Shown here in pieces: positions 24,024-37,858 of a stretch of DNA of 64,000 bases. Under the pieces are notes generated by a model. The model was not told the DNA's origin, searched no databases, and saw only the letters and a list, made by a program, of their open reading frames with translations. A program made the position numbers and the translations under genes. How positions within the stretch are numbered: position 1 is the stretch's first letter; every line of letters starts with the position of its first letter. This stretch comes from Daphnia carinata (lineage: Eukaryota): contig NC_081331.1 in the NCBI RefSeq assembly GCF_022539665.2, positions 3,844,001 through 3,908,000 of the forward strand. The letters run 5' to 3'.

Positions 24024-26119
24024 ATGGTGTTGCCTTTCCAAGATCCCCGTGACGATGTGGTAGGCAATTACAATGCCCAATCGCACGCACCTTGCAATTT
24101 TTAAAAATATTCTTCTTATTGAACCAGTACTATAAATGTGATTTAAAATGCTCTTCTGTTTCCCATCAGGCTAGCGATGGCACTCGATCCACTATTCCAG
24201 CAAACACTCACATCGACCATCTTTGCTCCTTGGATATCAACACCAAAGCATCTCGAGTCCGTCTATCTGGAATCATCTGCACCATTGGTAAATAACCTTT
24301 AATTAGCTATTATTATTGCCCAATTACGTACGTTTTCTTCGTTGTTTAGGTCCGGCTTCGGCCAAGGTTGAGATGTTGGAGAAGATGGTTGAAACTGGAA
24401 TGAACATTGCCCGTCTGAACTTTTCACATGGTTCTTACGAATATCACGGAAATACCATCGCGTCCGTCCGTACGGCTGTCAAAAATTTGGGCGATAAGCT
24501 TAAGATGACTGTGCCCGTCGCTATTGCTCTCGACACCAAAGGGCCAGAGATCCGTACCGGTCTCCTTGAAGGCGTATGTCCCCCTCGTTTTTAATCCTTT
24601 CGAAATTCAGTAGTCAATTTCATGATTGGGTTTTTACGTTAGGGACCTTCAGCCGAAGGCGAATTGAAAAAAGGAAACACTGTTAAGTTGACTACAGATC
24701 CAGCATTCCTCGACAAAGGCACAGCCGAGCTTATATATGTTGACTACACCAACATTTGCAAGGTCGTCAGTGTAAATAGCCACGTCTATGTTGATGATGG
24801 TCTAATTTCTCTCATCGTCAAAGAAATTGGTACGAAATTTATGTGAATTTACCAGGTCAAACTAATGAAACGTCGTTATTATCAATCGTTCCCAGGAAGT
24901 GATTATCTCGTCTGCGAAATCGAAAACGGTGGTTCGTTAGGAAGCAAGAAGGGTGTTAACTTACCCGGCACCAATGTCGACTTGCCAGCCGTCTCTGAGA
25001 AGGACAAAGCTGATCTTCTTTTTGGTGTTGAGCAAGGAGTCGATATGATCTTTGCTTCTTTCATCCGAAACGCTGCCGCTGTTCATGAGATTCGTGAAAT
25101 TCTAGGTAATTGCTACAACAGCTCAGACAAACGATCTTAATATAACCATTCTTTTAAATAGGGGAAAAGGGTCGTAACATTCTCATTATCTCTAAGATTG
25201 AGAACCATCAAGGTGTTCATAATTTGGATGAAATTATCGAAGCATCTGATGGTATCATGGTCGCTCGCGGTGATCTTGGTATCGAAATCCCTCCTGAGAA
25301 AGTCTTTTTGGCCCAAAAGTGCATGATTGCTAAATGCAACCAGGCTGGCAAGCCCGTCATTTGCGCTACGCAAATGCTCGAGTCCATGATCAAGAAGCCT
25401 CGCCCGACTCGTGCTGAGGGTTCTGATGTAGCCAATGCTATCCTCGATGGTGCCGACTGCGTTATGCTTAGCGGTGAGACTGCCAAGGGAGACTACCCTC
25501 TCGAGTGCGTCCGCACAATGGCCAATATCGCTAAGGAGGCTGAAGCCGCTATGTGGCACAAGCAACTCTTTACTGAGCTGTCTGGCATGGTTTGTTTTTT
25601 TAACTTGAGTCTGGCCCAATTCCAATTACTCATTTTTGGGGGGTTTCTTTATTTCAAGGTTGTCACTCCTGCTGATTCCACTCACACTGTTGCTATTGCT
25701 GCGGTTGAAGCTGCTTTCAAGAGCCAAGCGGCTGCCATCATCACGTTGACGACCACTGGTCTCACCGCCCATCTGATGGCCAAATACAGACCTCGTTGCC
25801 CCATTATCGCCGTCACCCGGCACGAACAGGTGGCCCGCCAGTGCCATCTGTGGCGCGGAATCCTCCCGCTCCATTTCGGGGGTGAGTTTGTTTTCTTCGT
25901 TTTAACATTGCCGTATTACTAATCCTTTTTTGTTTTTCGTTAGAATCTCGTGTGGCTGATTGGCTGAAGGATGTCGATGCTCGTGTCCAGTACGGAATAA
26001 ATTTCGGAAAGACCCGTGGATTTATTCGCACTGGCGATCCGATTATTGTTATCACTGGATGGAAGCAGGGATCGGGATTCACCAATACTTTTAGACTCCT
26101 GTATGTGGATACTGATTAG
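24024..26119 (+). CDS. Pyk: Pyruvate kinase. Shown as the MVLPFQD start and LYVDTD* end; an alternative first exon at 22602-22655 and an alternative last exon ending at 26771 are possible
   Basis: [75 protein letters not shown]; splice phases consistent. Confidence 0.96.
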
Positions 26120-27587
26120 ACACACAAATCACGCAGCTTCTATTTTGGCTTCATGCAAACGCAGCGACATAAGCAGCACTACATCAACAACGTCGGATTC
26201 CCGCCTTGAGCGTTTAAATTAGCGAAAAGAATCTCCTTGTTTTTTGTTTTTGTTATTGGAACCGTAGTCTTACAGTGTCCTTCTTTGTTTTTAAACTTTA
26301 TCATCGTCCTTGAAGTTATCAATTTCGTCTATGATCTTTATAGTAACTGTGCAGAAAGGAAGCTGAAGCATCAAATAGAACTAACATATTGGTTCTCAAA
26401 TCAAGCATTCGTTTTCGTTGTTTTGTTTACTTGTGAGACGAAGTCACGTTCCGTTTACTGTTCTTCCCAAAGCATTTGTCTTTGTATCTTCAGCTTTTAA
26501 AAGGTCGCTTTATTGCCGTTTGAGCTGTTGGCTGCTATTGTACTGCTTCGTTGTGTAGAGTGACGGACGAAGTTAAGTATTTGCGTCAGCAAAGGGTGAT
26601 TCTCCCGGTGAAAAACAGAATTAGGTTAACATATTCTCGTCTGTAAGGGGATGTGTTTACCTCCGTCGCTGATTAATCTGTATTTTACAAATTTTCGAAT
26701 GAAACAGAAACACTAATTAGTATTCTTTTGTTTCTCTTTTTGACAGTTACGAAGGTACATCATACCTGTAAATGGCATGCAAAATTGAGTTGCCAAAACC
26801 GTCAAGCTGCATGCCTTGGCTAGTTCCTGTTATTTTGTTTTCAAGCCAGTTTCATCAGTCAAGGACTACTCCCCCAACAGGTGTTTTATTGTTTTGTTTT
26901 AGTTAATGTTTTACTTTACGTGTTTTTTGTGTTTCATCAAACTTTTGTGTGTCTTTCTGTTCTGTACGTAGATCAATATTTTAAGATCTTGATAAACACA
27001 TTCTAGTAAGTAAAATGTTGTCAAATAAACTACAATTCGTCAAAACTGTACTTGTATGTTGTACACTTGTCAAATTGTTCTATTTTCTCCCGTATTATTT
27101 GAGACTTGTGTTTTAAAAATCAGGAACAAATTCACTCACTTTTTTGTAGGTCGGTGTAAAAAATTTTATTTGGGAAGAAACTTTGGTGATGATTTTTCTT
27201 GGAAATATTGTTCAAAACACTCTTGTGTCACTCACTGAAACAAAACCGTTACATAAAACTGTATTTCCTCAAAGGAATAGATTGTGGTTTAATGGGTAAA
27301 TGAACGATATCCGCCCACCGTCTGATGCAACTCCATAGAGGGAACGATCAATTGCATGGCGTCTGCTAGATATCCTATTAAAAAAAACCCTATGTTCTTC
27401 CTGAACCGATAAGGTGACACTCCAATAGTTCTAACCGAAACATAAAACATTCTCTATCTGTATAAGGTCCAGCACTAGTGGATACAATATCGAAATTCAC
27501 TGTTTTATTTTAACATATTGTTCATACAGAATAAAATTGAGCAAGGTTGACAGAATATTATCAAATAAACATGCAAAAAACCTGAAT

Positions 27588-29311
27588 TCAAACCGACCGT
27601 TTATTCTTCCCTATCACTTCATTCGAGCGGCCAGCTCCACAAGCCATCTAATAAAAATGAAAATAATCAGCATCATGGTTTAGCAGTGAATAATACAGCA
27701 AGATTCATTACCTGAGAACATTGAGCACACAATTCCATAGAGACCTGATGTCCATCAACGTGAAGGCATAGCCCACCAGATACTTTGAGATGGCTAGAGG
27801 ATGATGATGATCCAATCTGTTTTTTGTTATATTTGGATGGATCAAAGCTGGTCGAAAACCGTAGGCTATCAGCGCCTTTCAAATTAGACAAAACGCTGGA
27901 CAGGGAACTTTCGTTGGCTAAGACGCTTTTCAGGTAGTAGACTTCTTCTTCGAGAGTCTGTACACGACGACGTAGCTTTCCGTTATCAGATTCTAACTGA
28001 TTATTATCGGTTGTAAGTTTGTCGCAACGCTTTTCCATATCGTCCATAAGAGCCTTCTTTTTTTCTCTATTTCTCTTAGCGATGATGGCATTCTTACGAC
28101 TCTTCTCGAAGGCTGGATCTTCTGATGGATCTTCCTCATAGCGCCGTCTCTTTCTCCGCCCGCTACCATTGTACGGGCTATCCGGATCGTCATAGCTACC
28201 TCCACTCATCATACTATGTTCAGACATGTTACGTTTCCGGGTATTTTCAGTAATAGATTCTGATTGACTGCAAAATGAATTATCGTCTCCGTGCATAACC
28301 GACATTCGCCGGGAAGCATTACGTGTACGGCGAAGTCCAACTCGAGTCAATGGAGGTGGGTCTTCTGGTGCCGGAGTAGCAGCAACAGAAGAATGCTGGA
28401 TTTCGTCCACAGTGCAAGGATGTGTTTCAACCATGCTTTGATCCACTAATTGCAATGAAGAGCATATATCGTTCAAATCTTCCGTTTCTTCATCTTTTGG
28501 GAAGAAATTAAAGCCAGAAAGACTGATGTACTTGTCTGATTCCATCACGCCCATGTCCGATAATTCCGACAATGAAACCATGTTTGTTGTTAGTTCAAGT
28601 TTGTTGTTAGTTTCATCACAGTGCTGCAGTTGCCGTTGCAGGATCGATTTATTATCTTGGTCGACAACTTCTGTAGTATTTCTCATGTAGTGTGACGATC
28701 CAGAAGTTTCGCCAACCCTGTTATCGTGCTGATGATGATCCAGGAAGGTAATATCTTCTCCCCACACCAAGGGGCTCTTATTTTTGTGGTTACTTTTGTT
28801 TACCAAAAGGGTAGGGTTGCTCGGGTTATCGGGATAAACTTCAGTTGTGGTTACTTGATGAGAATGCCCAGAATCTCCGCAATCTTCGCAATCGCAATGT
28901 GAGCGGATACTCGTCATTTCTCGTTCATACTCAATGTAAGGCACTGCATAAACAAAGAATAAGTTTTATTACCATTTATCACTACTAAATTAATGGTGAG
29001 GTATGATGGAAAGAGGAGAAATTAAAACATTTCTAGCTTATAGCAAGTCATGCAAACAACCGATAGGCAAAACAAACATTGTGTAGAGCAACATGTGTAA
29101 GTGTACATAGAGGTATCTGGTACTTGAATTAAAAAGTTTGCTTCACACAAGTAATGGTATTAACTTGGTTGTGTTTGGTGAACAAAAATATGAATCACAC
29201 ACCTTTAGAGACATATCATCTATTTCACCCAAAAGAAGATATTTATGTTTAAACCTTACATGTGGCAATCTGAGAGAACTCTGGCAGAGGTTTCATCACA
29301 TTGCAGTCCAT
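27588..29311 (-). CDS. CREBZF: CREB/ATF bZIP transcription factor (Zhangfei-like), 3 coding exons
   Basis: Basic region KSRKNAIIAKRNREKKK, long zipper LEEEVYYLKSVLANES, C-terminal GGLCLHVDGHQVSMELCAQC motif; exon 1 29260-29311 is in phase with exon 2; last exon ends KRSV* at 27588. Confidence 0.85.
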
Positions 29312-31161
29312 TGCATAATCCCGACGACGAATAAGATGAGTTTCTCCAACTTGAAGACGTATGTGAATGACTGATTACAACGAAGTTATAAAATGTCGAT
29401 AAACTGTCAAACGCAAACAAACCGCGATGTGTGAGATCAAGACTGGAGAGTTCGACCTTGCTTCGTTGAATCACAACTTTGAACTGGCGGCATTAATGGC
29501 CATAACAACAATGTCTATCACAGAAAACACCAGTACATAGCTTCAGGCCAATGAAGATGATCGGAACAGATTTTTTCCTTCCCACAGCTGACGCGGACCA
29601 ATAGCGATAGCCACTAATCACCTGGGAATTGGCAAGATTGTCAGTATGGCTAACCCAACATGCATACTGGTAAAAATTACAAGTAAACGGTGGATGGATT
29701 GGTTGTGGTGCCTATCGCCTACCATTTTCGAGTTCTTTGGAAGTGAAACCGCGCCGATTTAATCAATCCCAGTGTGACTGGTTGTTTTTCGTACGTGACG
29801 TGGTCTCCTACAGCCTCACATTCAACAGATTCTTGCATAGTTCTTGGAATGGCTCTTGAGAGATATCTGGCCAACAAAGATGGTTTTTCTCCCATGTACT
29901 TTGTTGGCCTTGCTGTACTGATTGATTTGATCTCTTTGACTCTCTGCTTGTCATTATTCTGCGAATTACTAACAAAGAGTTCTGTATGGTCTTGGCTGTC
30001 CCGATTCGTGTTTCAAAACAGATTTTCAAGTACAGTAATTTTTGGCCAGTATCTTTTCTTGATTGAAAAGAAAATGTAATCATGCCTGACATTAGATTCG
30101 GTGATAGGAATTTTATTTTTCTAAATAAAAAAACGGTGGATAAAAATCATTTGGCAAAATGAAGCGTCTGCCCAGAAGGGTTATATAACCTTCAAATGAC
30201 CTTGATAAAAGTTCTCTCCTTTTACCTGGCTGCATGTAACCTCTATTTCACCTTGCTCAGCACCGCTCCCTATCGTTAGAGAAAACTGGCAAAAACGGTT
30301 GACTTAAACAACTCGCAATGGGACCAATAAGAGGAATTTTTAAGCTTTGATGCAATTTACGGACTAGCTGTGAGTCACAATAATCTTTCATACAAAAATG
30401 TAATGCAACCAACAACAACATTTAAAAGATCATAGTCGGATGCAGAGGAATATCGATGAGTAAGCCGAATTCTTGAAATGTTTTTTTTTTTTAAGGCTTC
30501 AACATTTCTCTGAGGACTGAATTAGCAAAATGCAACTATTGAGATGCAGCTAGTTTTCTATGAAACGAAAGCTATTTACCGTGTTCCATAAAACTTGTCC
30601 CATTTTTTGTTTCTTTTTATCTTTCTACATATTTACCTCAATTTTGTACTAGTTCTGAATGTGAGAAACTATAGCGATTTAGTTTCCAGAAATAGATGTG
30701 ATAACAAGAAGCCTCCCATGAGACAAGCAAATACCGAGTAAAAGAAGGAAAAGAATGTTCTTTTTATTCGGCTGGTTTCTATAGTGGAAGATCAAGGTCA
30801 ATTCAAAGTTAACGATGGCTCTTTTTTAAGCTGTGAGCAAAAAAAGAAACCTGCTTCCGGATATGCGAATTGAGAAAATGCTATTACTGAGAAATTTGTT
30901 CAATAATTTAATTCTCTTTTGGCTTAACACGGTTAACGGTTCGTTTTAACATAATGTTGATATAGTATATATTTAAATGTATAAATATAGCGAGTATAAA
31001 TTATCTTTTCATTTCCAATTAACAACAACAAAAAGAATAAGAAAGCCTATTTTCTTTGATTTGGATTTTCACCATCTCTTTTCAATCGCAATGTCAACTC
31101 AAGAAAAAAAATTCTTATGACCATAAAACTTAAAAAATTACAAGTCGTAAAACATTAAAAT

Positions 31162-33963
31162 TTACAAAATGATACATGCCTGCGATCCTTTTTTCTTTTT
31201 CGCAATTTTCTTCTCGTTTGGGGAACAATTTTTGTTTTTGTTAGACAAAAGAGACAAATTTAGTTTATGTTTAAATTTCCGTTTGCCAGGTGAAGCCGGC
31301 GTTTGCTGCTGATCTGTTGCATTAGCTGAGGACGGAGTTGTTAACGTAGTTGGTTGAGTGGACGAAGTTCGACCAGGTTTCGGTGAACTTTTAGCAGATT
31401 TGTCAGACCGTGAAGATTTCACAGACAGTGCAGATTTTATTGATTTGGATAACGATCCAGCTATGGAAACAGTAGGAGGAACCAAAAGATTTTCCTGAAT
31501 TTCTTCTTGTTTTTCACTGCCGGTATCATTTGCTTCGTCACAACTGGCACGATACATCAGTATTCGGTAAGTACCAACAATATCACTTCGACCACCTTTG
31601 TCACGGTGCTCTAAAACCATGGACTCTGTAATTCCGAGCTCTTCTAATCGTGCAAATACTTTTATTTCCATTTGACTTCTCTGTAGAAAAGAAAACATGT
31701 GATTGACTACCTTAGATGTTAAACGCTGTAAACAAACCTCTTGCCCTCGTTCGGATGGAACAAATTGAACATTCGGCAATGGCGTGAGTTTGACCTGGCC
31801 GTAAAGCCATTCACTGCTACGGATGCCAGCCATGGTTATCCTTTCAGCTGGATCACGATGCAAAATGGCACGAATAAGTTCCATGCATGACGTACTCAAA
31901 TACTCAGGTAAGAAGTAGTTGTTTTCTAAAATAGCGTTTTTTAGTCCATTCACTGTCTGGCCCTAAAAAGTTACAAAGAAAATAGATAATCTTTTATTCT
32001 CTCAATACACCGTCGCCGACAAAATATGATGAATACCCTCAAGTGGGAATTTAAAATCCAATTACCATTTAAAACCCCGATACAAATCCCTTGGTCCAAC
32101 AAGAAAGAAGGTCGCGATTTCGCTAAGAAAATAGAAGCTTTTTGTGTACCTGAAAAGGCATCGTGGCCGTCACCATGAAGTAAAGGAGAACGCCGAGAGC
32201 CCAAATGTCGACAGCAGCACCGGAATATGCGTCGTCATAAAAGAGTTCGGGTGCGGCGTAGGGCGGGGATCCGCAAAATGTTGTCAGAAGATGACTTTGG
32301 TGTTCGACAGTGTTGACAATTCTTGTGGAGAATCCGAAATCACCAAGCCGGACACGATCGGAGGAGGATAAGAATACATTTTCCGCCTTGATGTCACGAT
32401 GGTACAGGTCGTTTTCATGCTGATAAATCAACATTTGTGTCACGTTACAACAACAAAAACAACACGAGTCCTTATTTTTGGCCCTACCATAAACTCGACT
32501 GCTGAAATAAGCTGGCTGTACAAGTTCTTGGCTAACGTCTCGTCGTATCGGCCAGTGACGCTTACGTGTGTGTACATTTCACCCACCGGCGCCACTTCCA
32601 TAACTAAATAAACTTTGGATATCGTCTCCAACACTTCAAATAACCTAATTTCAAAAGATAAAGGGCATTACAAAATTTGACACTTTAATAACGACAAGTT
32701 AATTACCTGACTATGGCCGGATGTCGCACTGTATCCATATTGTTAATCTCCCTCGTCAACATCATTAAGGCTTTTTGGTCCATGCCAGTCTTTTCAATAA
32801 TCTTTATTGCTACTCGCTCTGTATACAAAGGAACAAGAACGAGTATTAGATATCGATCTCGCCATTTTTTTACGGCACTATCGATCTATGCCACCCGGCA
32901 AACAGGCGGAATCAAAAGAATTTAAGAATTGGCGAAAATGCGTGTGTCTGATAAAAAAAAGAAATGGAGGAGATGCGGTCGATCATTCATCATAGAAGAC
33001 AAACTTCACTTACCATGAGCCAACTGGTGGAAGGCTAACTTAACACGGGAGAAATTGCCAGTGCCGAGCTCGCCGCGAAATTTGTACAAACCAATTCGTT
33101 TGCCCAGCGTGACATCCCGCTGGAAACGTTCGTCATCGGTCATGGCAGTCACAAACTTTAATATAATGTGTAAAGGTTATGATCGATCATTATTGATCAT
33201 CGTTATGCGTGACACTGTCATTTCTTTGACTTGCAAGCAAAAAGAATTGTTTTTGTTACCTGTTCGTAACGGCTCGGAGCGGCCTCGATCTGTAAAACAT
33301 GATCAAGTGAATACGTTAAATAGTTCAAAAAGGTGTCCAAATCGATCTAGGATGAACGATCAATACATGGCAACAAACAGTCTTTCGTGGGCGTTGTTTT
33401 TAGTGAGAAAACTACATAAAACCACAAGCAAATCGATCCGCTGACAGTCATTTCAATTTTATGGCTTCGATTTCAAAATTTGTTGGTACTTATGATCGAC
33501 GCTTTTGATTGAGGAAAGAATAACTGCGATTCCATAATCTTGTTACTGTTTGTTACATCATATTATGATCAGCTGCAAAGTGAATTGATATAACGTTGAA
33601 CAGCAAGTCTAGTTTTTATCAAAGCTTTCTTTTAAGATCTTGTTAACAAACTTTAGATTGTAAAAGCTCTGTTTATGGCCTAACTACCACAGCCTTGGCT
33701 AAGGTTAAAGGGGATAACATAGGAAAACAAAAAGGAGCAAATTGTGTACTCACATTGCCTGGCCATGTTCCACATCCGCGAGTATTTACAATATAATTCC
33801 TGGTCCATGTTGGATAGACCGGCTTGTTTTGACCTAATATAAACAAAAGTACAAATACCTCAAATTAAATCAAGAGAAAAATCAATAGTACAAATATACA
33901 CCACACATAACGAAATAGTACATTACCAAGAGTGCAGTGACGGTTAGACGGTCCGAATGGCAT
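31162..33963 (-). CDS. NIM1K: Serine/threonine kinase NIM1 (AMPK-related); start exon less certain
   Basis: [50 protein letters not shown]; polybasic tail with CaaX motif [12 protein letters not shown]. Confidence 0.88.
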
Positions 33964-34155
33964 TTTTGACGATGTTCTCTTTGTTGACACGTGATTGTCG
34001 GGCAGAATCAACAAACAAGTGTACACAGTGGATTGGTATTAAGACGAGAACTTGATAGCTGCTAAAACCTTTTTGGATGGTGAGTCGTGGTAGTGTTTGT
34101 TCTCTTTCTTTGGATGAACGGCAAAGAGGCAGACACAGCCAAATGTGTAGGAGGC

Positions 34156-34169
34156 GGGGGGGGGGGGGG
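34156..34169 (+). repeat. G14 homopolymer upstream of the NIM1K start
   Basis: Read directly from the sequence. Confidence 0.8.
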
Positions 34170-35171
34170 TGCGCACTTCTAATCGATAGTGAGGAAACCG
34201 AGGAAAGATGACTAGAACGCGCCGAGAACTTGCAGCACTCGACCGTGTATACTAGTACAAAAAAAACAACACTGTTCTCTCTATTTCAATTTCGACTATT
34301 TTTGGCCAGTTCGCAATGCTCCCGCCAGACTTTTTAACTGCTGTTACACAAGGATCAGGCTCTTCATTCCTGGGTTCCAAAATGGCAACAAAACACGATG
34401 CATCACCACTCGACGGAAAGGGAGCAAAGAAGAAATCCCCCCGTTTGTTGTTTCCTATTTTTTTTTCCCTTGAAGTGTTTACTCCCCTACCTTCTTTTAT
34501 CACGCCAGTGATATGGCACGCGTGTTGACCGTTGGCAGGGCAATCACTCACTGAAATGCTCGCTCCAATGGCTTGTGCCGTGCACCACGCTCCCGAATCC
34601 CCGTAGAGGGGGAGAGCAAAAGAGAGGCGGGAGTTCAAGATGGTTGCTAGGGAAACGGATCTGACGTCAGTCCAGTGTCTGATCTCTCCACACAAACCGC
34701 CCTATAGGTATTAACGCCTAATATAGGAGTTTCCCACTACGCACAACAATCCGACGATCCCTCGAAAATGAACCCTAAGTTACGAACGCAAAAGGATTTT
34801 CTTCTATGCTTTCAACAGATCTCATCTATCTAACAGGATTTCACGATGCGAAACCCACTACACGCAAAGGGTCAGACAAGTTCGGCTTTTTACGTTTTGC
34901 GACTTTTTGTTTCTTAGCAAACGTAAATAGAAAGGAAATCCGAGACGTACTCAGACAACCAGAGGTACACTACAATACTCGGGTAGGGTTTGCTAATTTT
35001 CTAACCCGCACAAGTTTTTTTTTTCTCTTCAGTTTACGCGACACGACTCGATTCATTTTTCGACGTCTGCCCGTTTCGTATTCATCGCTGTCTAGGTAAC
35101 CCAATTATTTTATTAATGTTCATATTAACACACAAGTGGCCAGAGAGACGTAGACACTACGGCCTTTGGAT

Positions 35172-36590
35172 TCATCTTATCTTTAAGATAACTTTACCCG
35201 TTGATTTCCGTTGCAACAAGAAATCCATGGCCGCATTGATCTCCTCCAGCGGGAAAATTGCCGAAACATGGGGCGATATCAGCCCCTCTTCATATAACTC
35301 AATGACATCATTGCCTACTTGTCTAGATAGGGAGATGGTAAAAATAATACGAGCAGTTTAGCTCTGGATCGTTGATGTAGAATATAAACTGCAATTTTAC
35401 CTGTACACTTCGTTGTTGGCATCACGATAATGACTTAGTGACACGCCAATGAGTGAGAAGCTCTGCGGGAGAAGCAGGCTAGTCGGTACATTGGGGATCT
35501 GACGTGAAGCAAAGCCGGCCACTATGACTTTACCCTCGTGTGCAATGCTAAGGATAGATATTGTAGTTCAAATACACCCTTTTGCACGGAAACCAAAATT
35601 AGCTTAGCATACCATTTTAGAGACTCGTTAAAGATATCGCCTCCAACTGCGTCAAATATAATGGAAACACCTTTGCCTTCAGTGACCTCCATCACTTTAT
35701 TTCGTAAATTTTTTGCCTGATACTTCAGAGAAGCAAAGGCGCCTTTATCCCGGACCAACGATGCCTTGTCTTCAGTACCACATACGCCAATTACCTATTT
35801 CATCAGTGCAATAAAACAAATGAGATTTGGTCAGTCAAAGAGTCAGAAAAAAAGAATTGTTTTATATCATACCTTGGCCCTATAGACATTTGCTGCTAAA
35901 TCAACAGCCGCTAGACCAAGACCTCCAGCAGCAGCTGTAACAAGAACAGTGTCCTCTGCCTCTACCTCTGCCCTTCTATGTAGGCCCAGAAGAGCTGTGC
36001 CATATGTATCTAGCAAAGATGCTCCAATTTCAAATGTCATTCCTTGTGGAACACCCCACAAGTCTTGCTCTAGTACAACACATTCTTCAGCAAAGCCAGA
36101 ATACCCATCCTTCTTTAAGCCAACCACTTTGTCTCCTACATTAAAGTTTTTGACTTTGGGTCCAATCTCCTTGACTTCCCCACACACCTCAAAGCCAGGC
36201 ACAAAAGGCATTTTTTGTTCAATACCATATTGGCCGTTGCAAATAAGAATGTCTGAAGCATTAACTCCACAGGTGTAGACTTCTATTCGAATCTGCAAAT
36301 GAGAAGAGATTTTCAAAGGAGAATAAAGATTGAATATTATCTAATCGCCTTGCATGCCCTACCTCCAAATCTTTAAGCTTAGTAGTTGTGGTCACGTCTT
36401 CAATAACCAATGGCTTGGCGATTTCGTGCAGAACAGCAGCTCGATATGCGGCGGTAGTTTGAAAATAGGGTAGACCCCTAATATTTCTCGAAAACAATGG
36501 ATTGGCCGTCGTTATTGATCCCGATTTAACAACATTTCCGGACCGGGCGATTAGATTACTCAATGTTTTCAACGTCCGTCCTGCTGCCAT
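35172..36590 (-). CDS. Quinone oxidoreductase-like (MDR/zeta-crystallin family) protein with a mitochondrial-type presequence
   Basis: CGVNASD, PFVPGFEVCGEV, VLVTAAAGGLGLAAVD NADPH-binding motif, DAVGG, RKSTGKVIL C-terminus. Confidence 0.88.
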
Positions 36591-37858
36591 CTTTGGGTTT
36601 GAAAGGCAGACGACACCAGAAGAGGCTTCCTCATGAAAGAACGGCCACAAACAAAGTGCGCAATTTGTCCAAGACCTTGAAGTTCGTCAAATAAATGGTC
36701 AAAGACGCATATCCCCATTCAACTCTATTATTGCCAGAACGCAGCTCCGAAAACGAAAAATTACCAAAAGATGTCATATTTAAAATAAATTGTTGTTTGT
36801 TTCTCTGTAAAATCTTTGACAGTTGGAAGGCTTCTGTTAAATTTTGAACTGAAAAAACCGTTAATTTGTGCGTAGTACTGCTGGCAATCTGTTGGCAATC
36901 TCGCATTTGCTTTGCAGTTTCAGTCAATAATAAATGAATTAGAACATGTTGTTGTAAATTATCTTTTCCTTTTTGTGCCTTCAAATGTATTTGATATATT
37001 CAACCGATAGTAGTGGAAATATAAAGGGCCCTTGAAATCTTCGGGACCCGTAGTAAACCCCGTAGTTTCAAAAAATGTCAGGCATAGGGATAAATAGTTG
37101 TTGCCTTTCTTGAAACTATTGTTTAGCTACTATTTCAGGATCAAATGGAAAACCTTGTGTAATGGAATGGTTGAATCTAAAAAAAAAATTATCAACTTCT
37201 CGTAATTAATCGAGGGTTCTTATTCGAAACGAATTATTTACGTATTTTAATTTCAGTAGGTTTGAGGGATTTTTGTCGTCTCGCTTAGCAATCGATTATT
37301 GTTTTACACGATATATCGATCTTTGACAACAGAAGCCACCGTACACAGATCAGACCAACAGACCGCCATTTATTGTTATTTTTTCAGCTACTCTCGCGAT
37401 TTGGCGATTTTAGTGTTAGACAAGTGTTACCCGAAATTCTAGAATACAAAGATTCATTAGCAACTTACTGGAGCCAAGAGAAAGCCTGCGCTGCTTCTCC
37501 CAAAATTTCATTTTCGATTTGGTGCCCGTTGGAGGTTTAAAACCATTTTACACACGACGTCGTGTAGGTCGCCGTCAAAAGCAGATTGAAGTCTTTTTGG
37601 CGGACGCCACCGAGGTCTGCATTGGTCTTGCATTTTGCATGGAGCGGATCGTGCTTCGATGTTGCGATACCGTTCTCATCGTTCAACTCGTCACGCTGCT
37701 GACATGATCATCACATTCAAAGCAGATACTGCTTTCTTGTTCATCACTTGAGTAGTGTGTGAATTCTGATGCCAGATCACAGGTTTGCTTCTTTAGTTCT
37801 TTATCCTCATCAGAACACTGTTCTAGCTTTTCTTCTGAATTCATCTGAATCAACAGGA

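Noticed and set aside
23692..24104. 132-aa minus-strand ORF and 74-aa plus-strand ORF in the Pyk 5' region
   Set aside because: No homology cues, and the region is explained by Pyk introns and UTR exons
25137..26125. Long minus-strand ORFs opposite pyruvate kinase (similar ones lie opposite fax, USP8 and KMT2E)
   Set aside because: Antisense shadows of codon-biased real exons with no recognisable motifs
31162..31200. CaaX box on the NIM1 kinase
   Set aside because: A C-terminal CaaX-like end is also present in vertebrate NIM1K as I recall, so it supports the identification rather than novelty
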